DNA of 41,424 nucleotides from Chloroflexota bacterium (lineage in GTDB: Bacteria; Chloroflexota; Dehalococcoidia; DSTF01; RBG-16-68-14). The DNA lies in the NCBI GenBank assembly GCA_022570885.1, contig JACZYW010000001.1, positions 1-41,424 on the forward strand, written 5' to 3'. Within the stretch, counting starts at the first letter, position 1, and each line of letters opens with the position of its first letter. The position numbers and the translations under genes are program-made. A model generated the notes under the pieces. That model was not told the DNA's origin, made no database searches, and saw only the letters and a program-made list of their open reading frames with translations. Positions 28,803 to 38,748 of this stretch are shown in pieces.

Positions 28803-29657
28803 ATGCCCGGACAAGCGAAAGGCCTGATCGGCACGGTGGTGAGCAACAAGATGAGCAAGACCGTGGTCGTGCTCGTCGAGACCACCACTCGCCACCGGCT
28901 CTACCACAAGATCCTGCGCCGGAGCAAGCGCTACCAAGCCCACGACGACCGGCTGGAAGCCAAGCCGGGCGACCGTGTGCGCATCCTCGCCACGCGGCCG
29001 CTCTCCCGCCACAAGCGCTGGCGGGTCTCGGAGATCCTGCAGCGAGGCGAAGTGGCCGAAGTGGCGTCTAGAGAGATCGATAGCGAGTACTTCGGTCGCA
29101 AGCGGGAGCGGGCTCCCGTTGAGGACGCCCCCGCAACTGAGGCTAAGCCCCAGGCAGTAGCTGAAGCCCCCGCGACCGAGGCCGAGGCTCCGGCGGCTGA
29201 CGAAGCCCCCGCAACCGAGGCAGAGGCTCCGGCGGCTGACGAAGCCCCCGCGACCGAGGCCGAGGCTCCGGCGGCTGACGAAGCCCCCGCAATTGAGGCA
29301 GAGGCTCCGGCGGCTGACGAAGCCCCCGCGACCGAGGCTGAGCCCCAGGCAGTAGCTGAAGCCCTCGCGACCGAGGCCGAGGCTCCGGCGGCTGACGAAG
29401 CCCCCGCAACTGAGGCCGAAGCCCCCGCGACCGGCGAAGCCCCCGCGACCGAGGCAGAGGCTCCGACGACTGGCGAAGCCCCCGCAGCCGAGGCCGAGCC
29501 CCAGGCAGAAGCTGAGGCCCCTGCGGCTGAGGAAGCCCCCACAGACGAGGCAAAGCCTGCCGAGGAGCCGGCCACAGACGAGCCAAAGCCCGCCGAGGAG
29601 CCAACGCCGGAAGAGCCGGCCAGCGGCGAGAAGACGGAGGAGCGTGACGCACCGTGA
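28803..29657 (+). CDS. rpsQ: 30S ribosomal protein S17 with a roughly 195-aa acidic tandem-repeat tail
   Basis: The core [17 protein letters not shown]...[15 protein letters not shown]...RWRVSEIL occupies about the first 85 aa. The rest is an E/A/P/T tail. The stop overlaps the rplN start (GTGA). Confidence 0.95.
   Translation: MPGQAKGLIGTVVSNKMSKTVVVLVETTTRHRLYHKILRRSKRYQAHDDRLEAKPGDRVRILATRPLSRHKRWRVSEILQRGEVAEVASREIDSEYFGRKRERAPVEDAPATEAKPQAVAEAPATEAEAPAADEAPATEAEAPAADEAPATEAEAPAADEAPAIEAEAPAADEAPATEAEPQAVAEALATEAEAPAADEAPATEAEAPATGEAPATEAEAPTTGEAPAAEAEPQAEAEAPAAEEAPTDEAKPAEEPATDEPKPAEEPTPEEPASGEKTEERDAP
29124..29513 (+). repeat. 39-bp in-frame tandem repeat (about 10 copies) in the rpsQ tail
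   Basis: Units start at 29124, 29163, 29202, 29241, 29280, 29319, 29358, 29397, 29436 and 29475 (GAAGCCCCCGCGACCGAGGCCGAGGCTCCGGCGGCTGAC and variants). Confidence 0.92.
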
Positions 29658-30022
29658 TCCAGAAGTACACCCGGCTGAAGGTGGCCGATAACTCGGGCGC
29701 CCGCCAGATCATGTGCATCCAGGTGCTGGGCGGCACGCGGCGTCGGTACGCCCGAGTCGGCGATGTCATCGTCGCCTCCGTCAAGCAGGCGCAGCCAGCT
29801 TCAGGCGTAAAGAAGGGCGACGTTATCCGCGCGGTCGTGGTGCGCACAGCGAAGGGCTGGCAGCGCAGCGACGGCACGTCGATCAAGTTCGATGAGAACG
29901 CAGCCGTCCTCCTGGAGGATAAGGAGAACCCGCGCGGCACCCGCATCTTCGGGCCCGTCGCTCGCGAGCTGCGGGACCGTCGATTCATGAAGATTATCTC
30001 GCTGGCGCCGGAGGTAGTGTGA
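29654..30022 (+). CDS. rplN: 50S ribosomal protein L14
   Basis: [17 protein letters not shown].... Confidence 0.97.
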   Translation: MIQKYTRLKVADNSGARQIMCIQVLGGTRRRYARVGDVIVASVKQAQPASGVKKGDVIRAVVVRTAKGWQRSDGTSIKFDENAAVLLEDKENPRGTRIFGPVARELRDRRFMKIISLAPEVV

Positions 30023-30336
30023 TGCGAAAGCTCAAACGCGACGATTTGGTGCTGGTAACCACCGGTAAGGAGCGCGGCAAGCAAGGGCAGATCCGCGATG
30101 TCCTCACCAGCAAGCAGCGGGTGATCATCCAAGGCTTGAACATGGTGAAGCGCCATCAGGCCCAGAAGGACGAGCGGACACCGGCCGGCATCATCGAGAA
30201 AGAGGCGCCGATCCACATCTCCAACCTCAAGCTCATCTGCCGCGCTTGCCAAAAGCCGGTGCGCGTCGGCTTCCGTGTACGGTCGGATAACGTAAAGGTT
30301 CGCGTCTGCCGCTCATGCGGCGAAGACGTCGATTAG
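30019..30336 (+). CDS. rplX: 50S ribosomal protein L24
   Basis: KOW motif [18 protein letters not shown]. Confidence 0.95.
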   Translation: MMRKLKRDDLVLVTTGKERGKQGQIRDVLTSKQRVIIQGLNMVKRHQAQKDERTPAGIIEKEAPIHISNLKLICRACQKPVRVGFRVRSDNVKVRVCRSCGEDVD

Positions 30337-30357
30337 GAACGAGGACTGGCTCAGACG

Positions 30358-30903
30358 ATGCTACCAAGACTGAAGCAACGCTACCGGGACGAGGTCGCGC
30401 CGGCAATGATGCAGGAGTTCGCCTATGCGAACGTGATGCAGATACCTTCCTTGACCAAGGTAGTCTTCAACATCGGACTGGGCGAGGCGCTCCAGAACGC
30501 GAATGCGCTGGACTCCGTTGCCCAGGACTTCGCGACGATCACGGGACAGAAGACGGTCATCACCCGCGCGAAACGGTCCATCGCCAACTTCAAGATCCGC
30601 GAAGGCAACCCGATCGGCGTCATGGTGACCATACGAGGCAACCGTATGTGGGAGTTCATGGATCGCCTGATCAACGCAACGCTGCCTCGCATCCGCGACT
30701 TTCGAGGCGTCTCGTCTAAGGCGTTCGATGGCCGCGGCAGCTTCAGCCTGGGCGTGCGGGAGCAGCTCATCTTCCCAGAGATCGAGTACGATAAGGTAGA
30801 TCGCGTTCGCGGGTTTCAGATAAACATCATTACCACCGCCCGCAACGATGAGCAGGGCAAGCGGCTGCTGGAGCTGCTAGGCATGCCCTTCAGCAGGGAG
30901 TAG
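30358..30903 (+). CDS. rplE: 50S ribosomal protein L5
   Basis: LKQRYRDEV...[13 protein letters not shown]. Confidence 0.97.
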   Translation: MLPRLKQRYRDEVAPAMMQEFAYANVMQIPSLTKVVFNIGLGEALQNANALDSVAQDFATITGQKTVITRAKRSIANFKIREGNPIGVMVTIRGNRMWEFMDRLINATLPRIRDFRGVSSKAFDGRGSFSLGVREQLIFPEIEYDKVDRVRGFQINIITTARNDEQGKRLLELLGMPFSRE

Positions 30904-30916
30904 CAGGGAGCAGGGT

Positions 30917-31102
30917 ATGGCGAAAAAAGCGCTAGTACTTAAGGCACAAAAACCGCCTAAGTTTTCCTCCCGCTTGGTGCGTCGCTGCAAGGTTTGCGGC
31001 CGCCCTCGCGGCTATATTCGCTACTTTGCGCTCTGTCGTATCTGCTTCCGGCAACTTGCCTTGGAAGGCAAACTGCCGGGGGTGCAGAAGTCTAGCTGGT
31101 AG
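30917..31102 (+). CDS. rpsN: 30S ribosomal protein S14, zinc-binding type Z
   Basis: 61 aa with [22 protein letters not shown] (CxxC...CxxC). Confidence 0.95.
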   Translation: MAKKALVLKAQKPPKFSSRLVRRCKVCGRPRGYIRYFALCRICFRQLALEGKLPGVQKSSW

Positions 31103-31113
31103 GGGGTACGCTC

Positions 31114-31512
31114 ATGACGATGACCGATCCAATCGCCGACATGCTGACCCGCCTCCGCAACGGAGCGGCGGCCCGGCACGAGTATGTCACGATCCCCGCC
31201 TCTAAGCTGAAGAACGCGATCGCGAAAGTGCTCAAAGAGGAGGGCTTCATCCGCGACTTCGAGGCGTTCGAGGAGGGACCGCGTCGCTTCATGCGCGTGC
31301 ACATTAGCTATAGCGATACGAAAGAACCATTCATGACCGGACTGAAGCGAGTGAGCCGGCCTGGCCTTCGGGTCTACGTGCAGAAGCGAGAGATCCCCCG
31401 TGTCTACAACGGCCTGGGCATCGCCATCGTCTCCACGCCGAAGGGCATCATGACCGGTCAGCAGGCTTGGCGGCAGCAGGTGGGCGGCGAAGTCCTCTGC
31501 TACGTCTGGTAG
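31114..31512 (+). CDS. rpsH: 30S ribosomal protein S8
   Basis: DPIADMLTRLRNG.... Confidence 0.97.
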   Translation: MTMTDPIADMLTRLRNGAAARHEYVTIPASKLKNAIAKVLKEEGFIRDFEAFEEGPRRFMRVHISYSDTKEPFMTGLKRVSRPGLRVYVQKREIPRVYNGLGIAIVSTPKGIMTGQQAWRQQVGGEVLCYVW

Positions 31513-31524
31513 GCGAGGGAAGCA

Positions 31525-32070
31525 ATGTCACGCATAGGCAAGCAGCCGATCCCGATTCCTTCCTCGGTGCAGGTGCAGATCGAGGGGTCTCATGTCACCG
31601 TGCGCGGGCCGAAGGGGGAGCTGCAGCGAGCGTGCCACCCCGAGATGGGGCTGAAGCTGGATGACGGGCAGCTCATCGTCACCCGTCCCAGCGACCAGGC
31701 GCGCCATCGTGCGCTGCACGGCCTCACCCGCGCGCTGATCGCCAACATGGTGATCGGCGTGGAAGAGGGGTTCAGCAAGACGCTGGAGCTGCACGGCGTG
31801 GGCTATCGGGCCCATCAGGCCGGGCGCAATCTCCAGCTTGCCGTTGGCTTCTCGCACACCGTAGACGTCGAGGCGCCGGAGGGGATCACGCTCGAAGTTG
31901 AGGGCACCGGCCGCATCCACATTCGGGGCGTCGATAAAGAGCTGGTGGGGCAAGTGGCGGCGTCGATCCGTCACATTCGCCCCCCCGAGCCATACAAAGG
32001 GAAGGGAATCCGCTACGAAGGTGAACACGTGCGCCGCAAGGCGGGGAAGGCAGGCAAGACGCTGCATTAG
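31525..32070 (+). CDS. rplF: 50S ribosomal protein L6
   Basis: MSRIGKQPIPIPS.V.V.... Confidence 0.97.
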   Translation: MSRIGKQPIPIPSSVQVQIEGSHVTVRGPKGELQRACHPEMGLKLDDGQLIVTRPSDQARHRALHGLTRALIANMVIGVEEGFSKTLELHGVGYRAHQAGRNLQLAVGFSHTVDVEAPEGITLEVEGTGRIHIRGVDKELVGQVAASIRHIRPPEPYKGKGIRYEGEHVRRKAGKAGKTLH

Positions 32071-32082
32071 CAGCGCACGGCC

Positions 32083-32451
32083 ATGAAGCGAACGAAGACT
32101 CCCTACGCCGCTCGCCTGCGCCGCCATCTGCGCGTGCGGAAGAAGGTGCGTGGCACCGCGCAGCGGCCGCGCCTCGCGGTCTACCGTAGCCTGGTCCACA
32201 TCTATGCCCAGGTGATCGATGACACCGCGGGCCACACGCTGGCGGCCGCCTCGGACCTGGAGGCGGCGATTCGCAGCCAGGTGAACGGCAAGCGCAAGAC
32301 AGAAGTGGCGAAACTGGTGGGCGAACTCGTGGCCCAACGCGCCCGCGAGCATGGCGTGGGCCAGGTGGTCTTCGACCGGGGCGGCTACCGATTTCACGGT
32401 CGGGTGAAAGCCTTGGCTGACAGCGCTCGTGAGGCGGGCCTCACGTTTTAG
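32083..32451 (+). CDS. rplR: 50S ribosomal protein L18
   Basis: ...[19 protein letters not shown]...[22 protein letters not shown]. Confidence 0.96.
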   Translation: MKRTKTPYAARLRRHLRVRKKVRGTAQRPRLAVYRSLVHIYAQVIDDTAGHTLAAASDLEAAIRSQVNGKRKTEVAKLVGELVAQRAREHGVGQVVFDRGGYRFHGRVKALADSAREAGLTF

Positions 32452-32459
32452 GGAGCATC

Positions 32460-33002
32460 ATGATTAGTACAGTTACGCCGAGTCCGCAGATGGAAGATCA
32501 AGAGCCGGAGCTTATCGAGAAGGTCGTATTCATCAACCGCGTCTCGAAAGTGGTGAAGGGCGGCCGTCGCTTCAGCTTCAGCGCAGTGATGGTGGTAGGC
32601 GATGGCCAGGGACGGGTAGGCTTTGGCCTGGGTAAGGCTAACGCTGTGCCGGAGGCGATTCGCAAGGGCATCTCTATCGCCAAGCGTAACTTGATCGTCG
32701 TGCCGATGAAGGGCAGCACCATTCCCCACGAGGTGATAGCCCGCTTCGGCGCGGCCAAGGTGATGATGAAGCCCGCCTCGGAAGGTACCGGCGTCATCGC
32801 CGGCGGCGGCGTCCGCGCTGTCCTAGAGGCGGCTGGCGTCCGAGACATCCTCACCAAGTCATTAGGCAGCAACAACGCTATCAACGTGGTGAAAGCCACG
32901 GTGGACGGCCTGGCCAGCCTTCGCCAGCCGGAGGAAGTCGTGGCGCGGCGGAGGGCCTACGCTCAGAGGCAGCGGGAGATCGAGGCGAAGACAGGTGGGT
33001 AA
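32460..33002 (+). CDS. rpsE: 30S ribosomal protein S5
   Basis: ...[33 protein letters not shown]. Confidence 0.96.
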   Translation: MISTVTPSPQMEDQEPELIEKVVFINRVSKVVKGGRRFSFSAVMVVGDGQGRVGFGLGKANAVPEAIRKGISIAKRNLIVVPMKGSTIPHEVIARFGAAKVMMKPASEGTGVIAGGGVRAVLEAAGVRDILTKSLGSNNAINVVKATVDGLASLRQPEEVVARRRAYAQRQREIEAKTGG

Positions 33003-33180
33003 GGTTCGTATCACCTGGCGACGCAGCGCCATCCGCCGCAGGCAAGACCAAAAAGATACCATACGCGCCTTGGGCCTGCGCAAGCTGGGCCAGACGGTGG
33101 AGCGTGACGATTCGGCTTCGCTGCGTGGTATGCTATTTAAGGTGGAACATCTGATAGACGTTGAGGAGGCGGGGGAGTAG
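32995..33180 (+). CDS. rpmD: 50S ribosomal protein L30
   Basis: 61 aa, [37 protein letters not shown] start overlaps the rpsE end by 8 nt. Confidence 0.9.
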   Translation: MGKVRITWRRSAIRRRQDQKDTIRALGLRKLGQTVERDDSASLRGMLFKVEHLIDVEEAGE

Positions 33181-33182
33181 CC

Positions 33183-34019
33183 GTGGAACAACACGAGCTT
33201 CGGCCGCCTCGTGGGGCGAAGAGGCCCCGCAAGCGCATTGGGCGCGGCAACGCCAGCGGCCACGGTACCTACTCCGGCCGGGGGATCAAGGGTCAGCAGT
33301 CCCGGTCCGGCTCCGGGCCGTCACACGCCTTCGAGGGCGGTCAGACGCCGCTGGTCCGGCGCCTTCCCCGCCGGCGCGGGTTTACCAACCCGTTTCGCGT
33401 CGCCTACACACCGGTTAACCTGCACGATCTCGCCAAGTTCCCCGATGGCGGCGAAGTGACGCCGGAATCGCTGCACGAGATGGGCGTGGTTCGCTCGCTC
33501 CGCCGCCCGGTCAAACTCCTGGGCGATGGCGACCTGAGCGTCGCACTGATGGTGCGAACGCACCGCGTCTCGGACGCCGCTCGCGCCAAGATCGAGGCCG
33601 CAGGCGGCACCGTCGAGGAGCTGACCCCGCGTCCGCCCCCTTCGGAGCGCGAGACTAAGGCGGAGCGCAGGGCTAAGGCGAGGGCGCCGAAGGCCGAGGA
33701 GCCCGCGTCGGAGGAGACGAGCCCGCAGGCGGAAGCGCCGGAGGCGCCGTCGGCAGACGTAGACACGCCGGAAGCCAAGCCGAGCGCCGCGAAGCCGAAG
33801 AAGGCCACGGCGAAGGCTGAGGCGGCCGAGAAGAAGCCGAAGAAGGCCACGGCGAAGGCCGAGGCGGGCGAGGAGAAGCCGAAGAAGGCCCGGAAGGCGA
33901 AGACGAGCGCCTCGAAGCCTAAGAAAAGCGCTGCGAAAGCGAAGAAGGGCGAGGCGGAGGCCGCTGGGACTGAGGAGAACGTGTCTCCTGATCCAGAGGC
34001 CGCTGCGGCGAAGGACTGA
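33183..34019 (+). CDS. rplO: 50S ribosomal protein L15 with a roughly 125-aa Lys/Ala/Glu-rich tail
   Basis: Core L.PP.GAKR.RKRIGRG.ASGHG.TSGRG.KGQ... through about residue 150, then a KPKKATAKAEA-type tail. Confidence 0.95.
   Translation: MEQHELRPPRGAKRPRKRIGRGNASGHGTYSGRGIKGQQSRSGSGPSHAFEGGQTPLVRRLPRRRGFTNPFRVAYTPVNLHDLAKFPDGGEVTPESLHEMGVVRSLRRPVKLLGDGDLSVALMVRTHRVSDAARAKIEAAGGTVEELTPRPPPSERETKAERRAKARAPKAEEPASEETSPQAEAPEAPSADVDTPEAKPSAAKPKKATAKAEAAEKKPKKATAKAEAGEEKPKKARKAKTSASKPKKSAAKAKKGEAEAAGTEENVSPDPEAAAAKD
33792..33899 (+). repeat. 42-bp in-frame tandem repeat (about 2.5 copies) in the rplO tail
   Basis: AAGCCGAAGAAGGCCACGGCGAAGGC(T/C)GAGGCGG... occurs at 33792 and 33834, with a partial copy at 33876. 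Confidence 0.88.
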
Positions 34020-34021
34020 GC

Positions 34022-35410
34022 ATGGCATCAGCAGCGAGAACGGCAAGAGCGCAACCACCGGGCAAGCCCCGCCTGCTCCAGGCGGTGATCGATGCGTTCC
34101 AGCAGCCAGACATTCGCAAAAAGCTGCTCTACACCATCGGCCTGCTCGTCATCTTCCGATTCGTCGCCCACGTTCCCATTCCCGGCGTCAACCCCGGCTT
34201 CCTTGATGCTGCCTTTGACAACAACGCCATCCTGGGATTCCTCAACCTCTTCAGCGGAGGGGCGCTGCGAAACCTCAGCATCGCCGCGCTGGGCGTCTAT
34301 CCGTACATCACCGCCTCCATCGTCATGCAGCTGCTGGTGCCGATCATACCCAGCCTGCAGGCGATCTCCCGAGAGGGCGAACAGGGGCGAAACCGGATCC
34401 AGCTCTACACCCACTACCTGGCCGTGCCGATGGCGGTGGTGCAGGGCTATAGCCAGCTCGTCATCCTGGAGCAGGCGCAGGCGGTGCAAGGCATAGGGTT
34501 CACCGGTCCAGATGCGCTGCCCACGCTCTCAGCCGTCATTTCGCTCACCGCGGGCACGATGTTCCTGGTCTGGCTGGGCGAGCTGATCACGGAGAACGGC
34601 ATCGGCAACGGCATCTCGCTGATCATCTTCGGCGGCATCGTCGCCGGCTTGCCAACGATGATACCGAGCATTGCGACCTCGAGCCTCGGCCTCTTCGGCA
34701 TCGGCGCGATGATCGGGATCGGCCTGTTCATCCTGGCAGCCATCGTCTTCGTGCAGGAGGCGCAGAGGAGGGTACCCGTTCAATATGCCCGCAGCGTCTT
34801 TAAATCCGGTCGAATGTATCGCCAGTCAGGGCAGACCCATATCCCTTTGCGTGTGAACTCGGCCGGCATGATCCCGCTCATCTTCGCCTTCTCGATCGTG
34901 ATCTTCCCCGCGGCGATAGCTCAATTTCTTGTCGACTCGACGGGTGGGAGTGGTGGTACCGGCTTGGTGAACAATACCGGCAGGTTCATTATCGATTGGT
35001 TCAGCCCGCAGGGGATAGGCAACGTCGTATCGCCCGCCTTCATGGTGACGGTCTTTCTCCTGGTGATGGTCTTTACCTTCTTCTACACGCTGGTCGTCTT
35101 CCAGCAGCAGAACCTGGCGGAGAACCTCCAGAAGAACGGTGGCTTTATCCCCGGCATCCGGCCGGGCCGGCCCACAGCCGAGTACATCATGCGCGTGCTG
35201 GTGCGGATCACCTGGGCCGGCGCGATCTTCCTTGGGCTGATCGCTGTTGTCCCCTATATGCTGCCATACGTCATCACCGGCTTGAGGAGCAACACGGCGC
35301 TTACCCTGGGCAGCACCAGCCTGCTGATCATCGTCGGCGTCGTGCTCGATACCATGCGGCAGCTCGAATCGCAGCTGATGATGCGCAACTACGAAGGCTT
35401 CATTCGCTAG
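34022..35410 (+). CDS. secY: preprotein translocase subunit SecY
   Basis: 462 aa, 10-TM pattern. ...IRKKLLYTIGLLVIFR...LFSGGAL...ALGV.PYITASI..QLL. Confidence 0.96.
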   Translation: MASAARTARAQPPGKPRLLQAVIDAFQQPDIRKKLLYTIGLLVIFRFVAHVPIPGVNPGFLDAAFDNNAILGFLNLFSGGALRNLSIAALGVYPYITASIVMQLLVPIIPSLQAISREGEQGRNRIQLYTHYLAVPMAVVQGYSQLVILEQAQAVQGIGFTGPDALPTLSAVISLTAGTMFLVWLGELITENGIGNGISLIIFGGIVAGLPTMIPSIATSSLGLFGIGAMIGIGLFILAAIVFVQEAQRRVPVQYARSVFKSGRMYRQSGQTHIPLRVNSAGMIPLIFAFSIVIFPAAIAQFLVDSTGGSGGTGLVNNTGRFIIDWFSPQGIGNVVSPAFMVTVFLLVMVFTFFYTLVVFQQQNLAENLQKNGGFIPGIRPGRPTAEYIMRVLVRITWAGAIFLGLIAVVPYMLPYVITGLRSNTALTLGSTSLLIIVGVVLDTMRQLESQLMMRNYEGFIR

Positions 35411-35437
35411 GCAAGTGAGAACATCAAGGGAGCAGCC

Positions 35438-36097
35438 GTGTATCTAATCTTGCTCGGGCCGCCGGGCACAGGCAAGGGCACCCAGGCGAAACGCATCGCC
35501 GAGCGGCTCGGCCTGCTCCACATCGCGACAGGCGACATGTTTCGGGAGGCAGTCCAGCAGGACAGTGAGCTGGGCAGGCTCGCCAAGTCATACATGGACA
35601 GGGGCGAGCTGGTGCCGGACGAGGTCACCATCGCGATGGTGGAGGAGCGGATCGATCAGCCCGATGCCCGCGAGGGCGCGATCTTCGATGGCTACCCGCG
35701 CACACTCGAGCAGGCGCGGGCGTTGGACGAGGCGCTTCGCCGCCGCGACAAGGCTGTGGACATCGCGCTTCATGTCACCGCCTCCGACGACGTCATCGTG
35801 CGGCGGCTGAGCGGTCGCTGGCTGTGCGACGGCTGCGGCGAGATCTATCACGAGCAGCATCGCCCGCCCAAGCAAGAGAGCAAATGCGACGGCTGCGACG
35901 GCCAGCTCAAGCAGCGCGCGGACGACAAGCCGGCGGTGGTGCGGGAGCGGCTCCGGCATCAGCGGCCGTCAGTGGAGCTGCTGGCGCACTACCGAGACCG
36001 CGACGACCTGGTGGATATCGACGGCGAAGGCGACATCGACGCCGTTACCCGAGACCTGCTCGCGGCCATCGAGAAGATCAAAGCGACAGTCCGCTAA
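35438..36097 (+). CDS. adk: adenylate kinase (Cys4 zinc lid)
   Basis: LLGPPGTGKGTQA. Lid is CDGCGEIYH...CDGCDG. GTG start. Confidence 0.96.
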   Translation: MYLILLGPPGTGKGTQAKRIAERLGLLHIATGDMFREAVQQDSELGRLAKSYMDRGELVPDEVTIAMVEERIDQPDAREGAIFDGYPRTLEQARALDEALRRRDKAVDIALHVTASDDVIVRRLSGRWLCDGCGEIYHEQHRPPKQESKCDGCDGQLKQRADDKPAVVRERLRHQRPSVELLAHYRDRDDLVDIDGEGDIDAVTRDLLAAIEKIKATVR

Positions 36098-36128
36098 CCG
36101 AGCGAAAGAAGAGAGAAGCAAGCGAACA

Positions 36129-36935
36129 ATGCCGGTCATCATCAAATCGGACGACGAAATCGCCGTCATGCGCCAGGCGGGACGCATCCTGGCCGAGGTG
36201 TTGCAGATCCTCGTCGCCGAGGTGAGGCCTGGGCTTATCGTCAGTAAACTTGATAGAATAGTGAAAGAAGAGTATGAACGACGGGGCGTGGTACCTACGT
36301 TTCTCGGGTACCTCGGCTATCCAGCTCATGTCTGCGTGTCTGTGAACGACGAGATCGTGCACGGCATCCCGGGCGATCGTGTCCTCCAGGAAGGCGATCT
36401 GGTCAGCATCGATCTCGGCGTTACCTACGAAGGATTCGTTGCGGACTCGGCGCTGACAGTGGGCGTGGGCCGGATCAGCCCGGAGGCGCAGCAGCTCATG
36501 GAGGTGACCTACCAGTCGCTCCGGGAGGGGATCTGGGCGATGAGAGCGGGAGCGCGGCTGGGCGAAATATCTCACGCTATTCAGAGCTGCGCCGAGTCCG
36601 ATGGCTACTCGGTAGTGCGAGAGTACGTTGGCCATGGCGTGGGCCGGGAGATGCACGAAGAGCCGCAAGTGCCCAACTATGGCCCTCGGGACCGCGGCCT
36701 GATCTTGCGCAAAGGGATGGTGCTGGCGCTGGAACCGATGGTGAACGTGGGCGGCTGGCGCACGAAAAAGCACGACGACCAGTGGACGGTGAGCACACTG
36801 GATGGCAGCCTCTCCGCTCACTTTGAGCATACTGTCGCTATCACCGATGGCGATCCGGAGGTGCTGACCTTGCGCAGTGACGAGGAGCCGATCGCGGCCT
36901 TGTCCGCCGTGGCAGCGGCCAGCGGGAAGAATTAG
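36129..36935 (+). CDS. map: type I methionine aminopeptidase
   Basis: ...VCVSVNDEIVHGIP...D.G....G...D......GHG.G...HE....LEPM... metal-ligand pattern. Confidence 0.95.
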   Translation: MPVIIKSDDEIAVMRQAGRILAEVLQILVAEVRPGLIVSKLDRIVKEEYERRGVVPTFLGYLGYPAHVCVSVNDEIVHGIPGDRVLQEGDLVSIDLGVTYEGFVADSALTVGVGRISPEAQQLMEVTYQSLREGIWAMRAGARLGEISHAIQSCAESDGYSVVREYVGHGVGREMHEEPQVPNYGPRDRGLILRKGMVLALEPMVNVGGWRTKKHDDQWTVSTLDGSLSAHFEHTVAITDGDPEVLTLRSDEEPIAALSAVAAASGKN

Positions 36936-36944
36936 GTAGGTTTG

Positions 36945-37163
36945 ATGGCGAAGAAGGACGCGATTGAGGTGGAGGGGGTAGTGCGCACCCCGCTGCCAAA
37001 TGCTATGTTTAAGGTAGAACTGCCCAACGGGCACGATGTGCTGGCGCATATCTCCGGTAAGATGCGCATGCACTACATCAAGATCGTGCCCGGTGACCGT
37101 GTGCTGGTGGAGCTTTCGCCCTACGACCTGACCCGTGGGCGGATCACCTATCGATTCAGGTAG
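36945..37163 (+). CDS. infA: translation initiation factor IF-1
   Basis: [12 protein letters not shown]...[22 protein letters not shown]. The ATG at 36945 is one codon inside the track ORF start (TTG 36942). Confidence 0.95.
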   Translation: MAKKDAIEVEGVVRTPLPNAMFKVELPNGHDVLAHISGKMRMHYIKIVPGDRVLVELSPYDLTRGRITYRFR

Positions 37164-37178
37164 CATGGGAGCGTTCGC

Positions 37179-37292
37179 GTGAAAGTACAGGCATCGGTCA
37201 AGCCGCGCTGCGACAAGTGCAAGATCATCCGTCGCCGCGGCATTGTGCGCGTGATCTGCGAGAACCCAAGGCACAAGCAGCGGCAGGGCTGA
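37179..37292 (+). CDS. rpmJ: 50S ribosomal protein L36 (zinc-ribbon form)
   Basis: Absent from the ORF track (37 aa). Translates as (M)[39 protein letters not shown] start. Confidence 0.92.
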   Translation: MKVQASVKPRCDKCKIIRRRGIVRVICENPRHKQRQG

Positions 37293-37303
37293 GGAGGAGA
37301 CAG

Positions 37304-37687
37304 ATGGCACGTATCGCCGGTATCGACATCCCGAACGACAAGCGGGTGGATGTCTCCCTGCGCTACATCTTTGGTATCGGCCCTACCACGGCCAGCCGCA
37401 TCGTCCAGCAGGCGCAGGTAGAAGGCGTCACGAAGGTGCGCGATCTCAACGACGATGAGATCACTCGCATTCGTGAGGTGATCGACCATACCTGCACCGT
37501 AGAAGGTGACCTGCGCCGAGAGGTGCGACAAAACATCCAGCGCCTGATCGAGATCAACTGCTATCGTGGCGTGCGCCACCGGCGCGGCCTGCCGGTGCGG
37601 GGGCAGCGCACCCGCACCAACGCCCGCAGCCGGAAGGGGCCGCGTAGGACCGTGGCCGGCAGACGCCGAACCATGGCGAAGAAGTAG
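37304..37687 (+). CDS. rpsM: 30S ribosomal protein S13
   Basis: Internal ATG 37304 with [31 protein letters not shown]. Confidence 0.96.
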   Translation: MARIAGIDIPNDKRVDVSLRYIFGIGPTTASRIVQQAQVEGVTKVRDLNDDEITRIREVIDHTCTVEGDLRREVRQNIQRLIEINCYRGVRHRRGLPVRGQRTRTNARSRKGPRRTVAGRRRTMAKK

Positions 37688-37696
37688 GAGGAGTGC

Positions 37697-38086
37697 ATGG
37701 CCGAAGGTAAGAGCCGATCGCGTCGACGGGAGAAGAAGTCGGTGCCCAGGGGACGGGCGTACATTCAGTCCACGTTCAACAATACGTTGGTCACCCTCAC
37801 TGACCCCAACGGCAACGTGATCGCCTCTGGAAGCGCCGGTAGCGCCGGCTTCAAAGGGTCGCGAAAGTCCACTCCGTATGCCGCCGGCCTGGCCGCCGAG
37901 CGTACCGCTCGTCGAGCGATGGAGCACGGCATGCGGCAGGTGGACGTGTACGTGAAAGGCCCCGGCTCCGGCCGCGAAGCAGCCATCCGATCGCTGGAGA
38001 GCGCTGGTCTCTCCATCACCAGTATCCGCGACGTGACGCCGTTGCCGCACAACGGCTGTCGCGCGCCTAAGCGGCGACGAGTCTAG
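37697..38086 (+). CDS. rpsK: 30S ribosomal protein S11
   Basis: ...[16 protein letters not shown]....[15 protein letters not shown]. Confidence 0.96.
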   Translation: MAEGKSRSRRREKKSVPRGRAYIQSTFNNTLVTLTDPNGNVIASGSAGSAGFKGSRKSTPYAAGLAAERTARRAMEHGMRQVDVYVKGPGSGREAAIRSLESAGLSITSIRDVTPLPHNGCRAPKRRRV

Positions 38087-38100
38087 GGGGGAGAGGAACG

Positions 38101-38736
38101 ATGGCTCGCTACACCGGACCCGTCTGTCGACTCTGCCGGCGCTACGGCGATAAGCTCTACCTTAAGGGCGACCGCTGCGCTGGCCCGAAGTGCGCCTTCG
38201 AGCGCCGCCCCAACCCTCCCGGCCAGCAGAAGCGGTTTGGCATGAGACGACGCAGAGTCTCTGACCGGGCGCTTCAGCTACGAGAGAAGCAGCGCGCTCG
38301 CTTCATCTACGGCATCATGGAAGGCCAGTTTCGCCGCTACTACAAGCAGGCCGTGCGCCGCGCCGGCGTCACCGGCGAAACGCTTGTCCGCCTCCTAGAG
38401 CAGCGGATGGACAACGTGGTCTTTCGGCTCGGCTTTGCCGATTCGCGCTCACAGGCCCGCCAAATCGTTCGGCACGGCCACATCATGCTCAATGGACGTA
38501 CCACGGATATCCCATCCTGCGCGATGAAAGTAGGCGATGAGATAGCGTGGTCCCCCAAAGGTCAGCGAACAGAACTATTCAAGATCGTACAGGAAGCTAT
38601 GCAGGGTAAAGAGGTTCCCGACTGGTTGGGCGTCGATGCTGCCACCATGTCCGGCCGGGTCATCACCCAGCCGGATGTCGCGCAAGCTGGCGCTAAGTTC
38701 GACCCAGCAGTCATTGTGGAGTACTACTCTCGCTAA
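38101..38736 (+). CDS. rpsD: 30S ribosomal protein S4
   Basis: MARYTGP.CRLCRR.G.KL.LKG.RC.... Confidence 0.96.
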   Translation: MARYTGPVCRLCRRYGDKLYLKGDRCAGPKCAFERRPNPPGQQKRFGMRRRRVSDRALQLREKQRARFIYGIMEGQFRRYYKQAVRRAGVTGETLVRLLEQRMDNVVFRLGFADSRSQARQIVRHGHIMLNGRTTDIPSCAMKVGDEIAWSPKGQRTELFKIVQEAMQGKEVPDWLGVDAATMSGRVITQPDVAQAGAKFDPAVIVEYYSR

Positions 38737-38748
38737 GAAAGGCAGTCC

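Noticed and set aside
25484-30252. Very long antisense ORFs across the S10/spc operon (25484-26677, 27116-28126, 29143-30252) and repeat-derived ORFs (28931-29575).
   Set aside because: They lie opposite ribosomal protein genes with unmistakable signatures. Their sequences are Arg/Gly/Leu/Pro low-complexity or mirror images of the tandem repeats.
36078-37310. 410-aa antisense ORF opposite map/infA/rpmJ.
   Set aside because: It is a shadow ORF. The plus-strand genes are conserved and tightly spaced with their own SD sequences.
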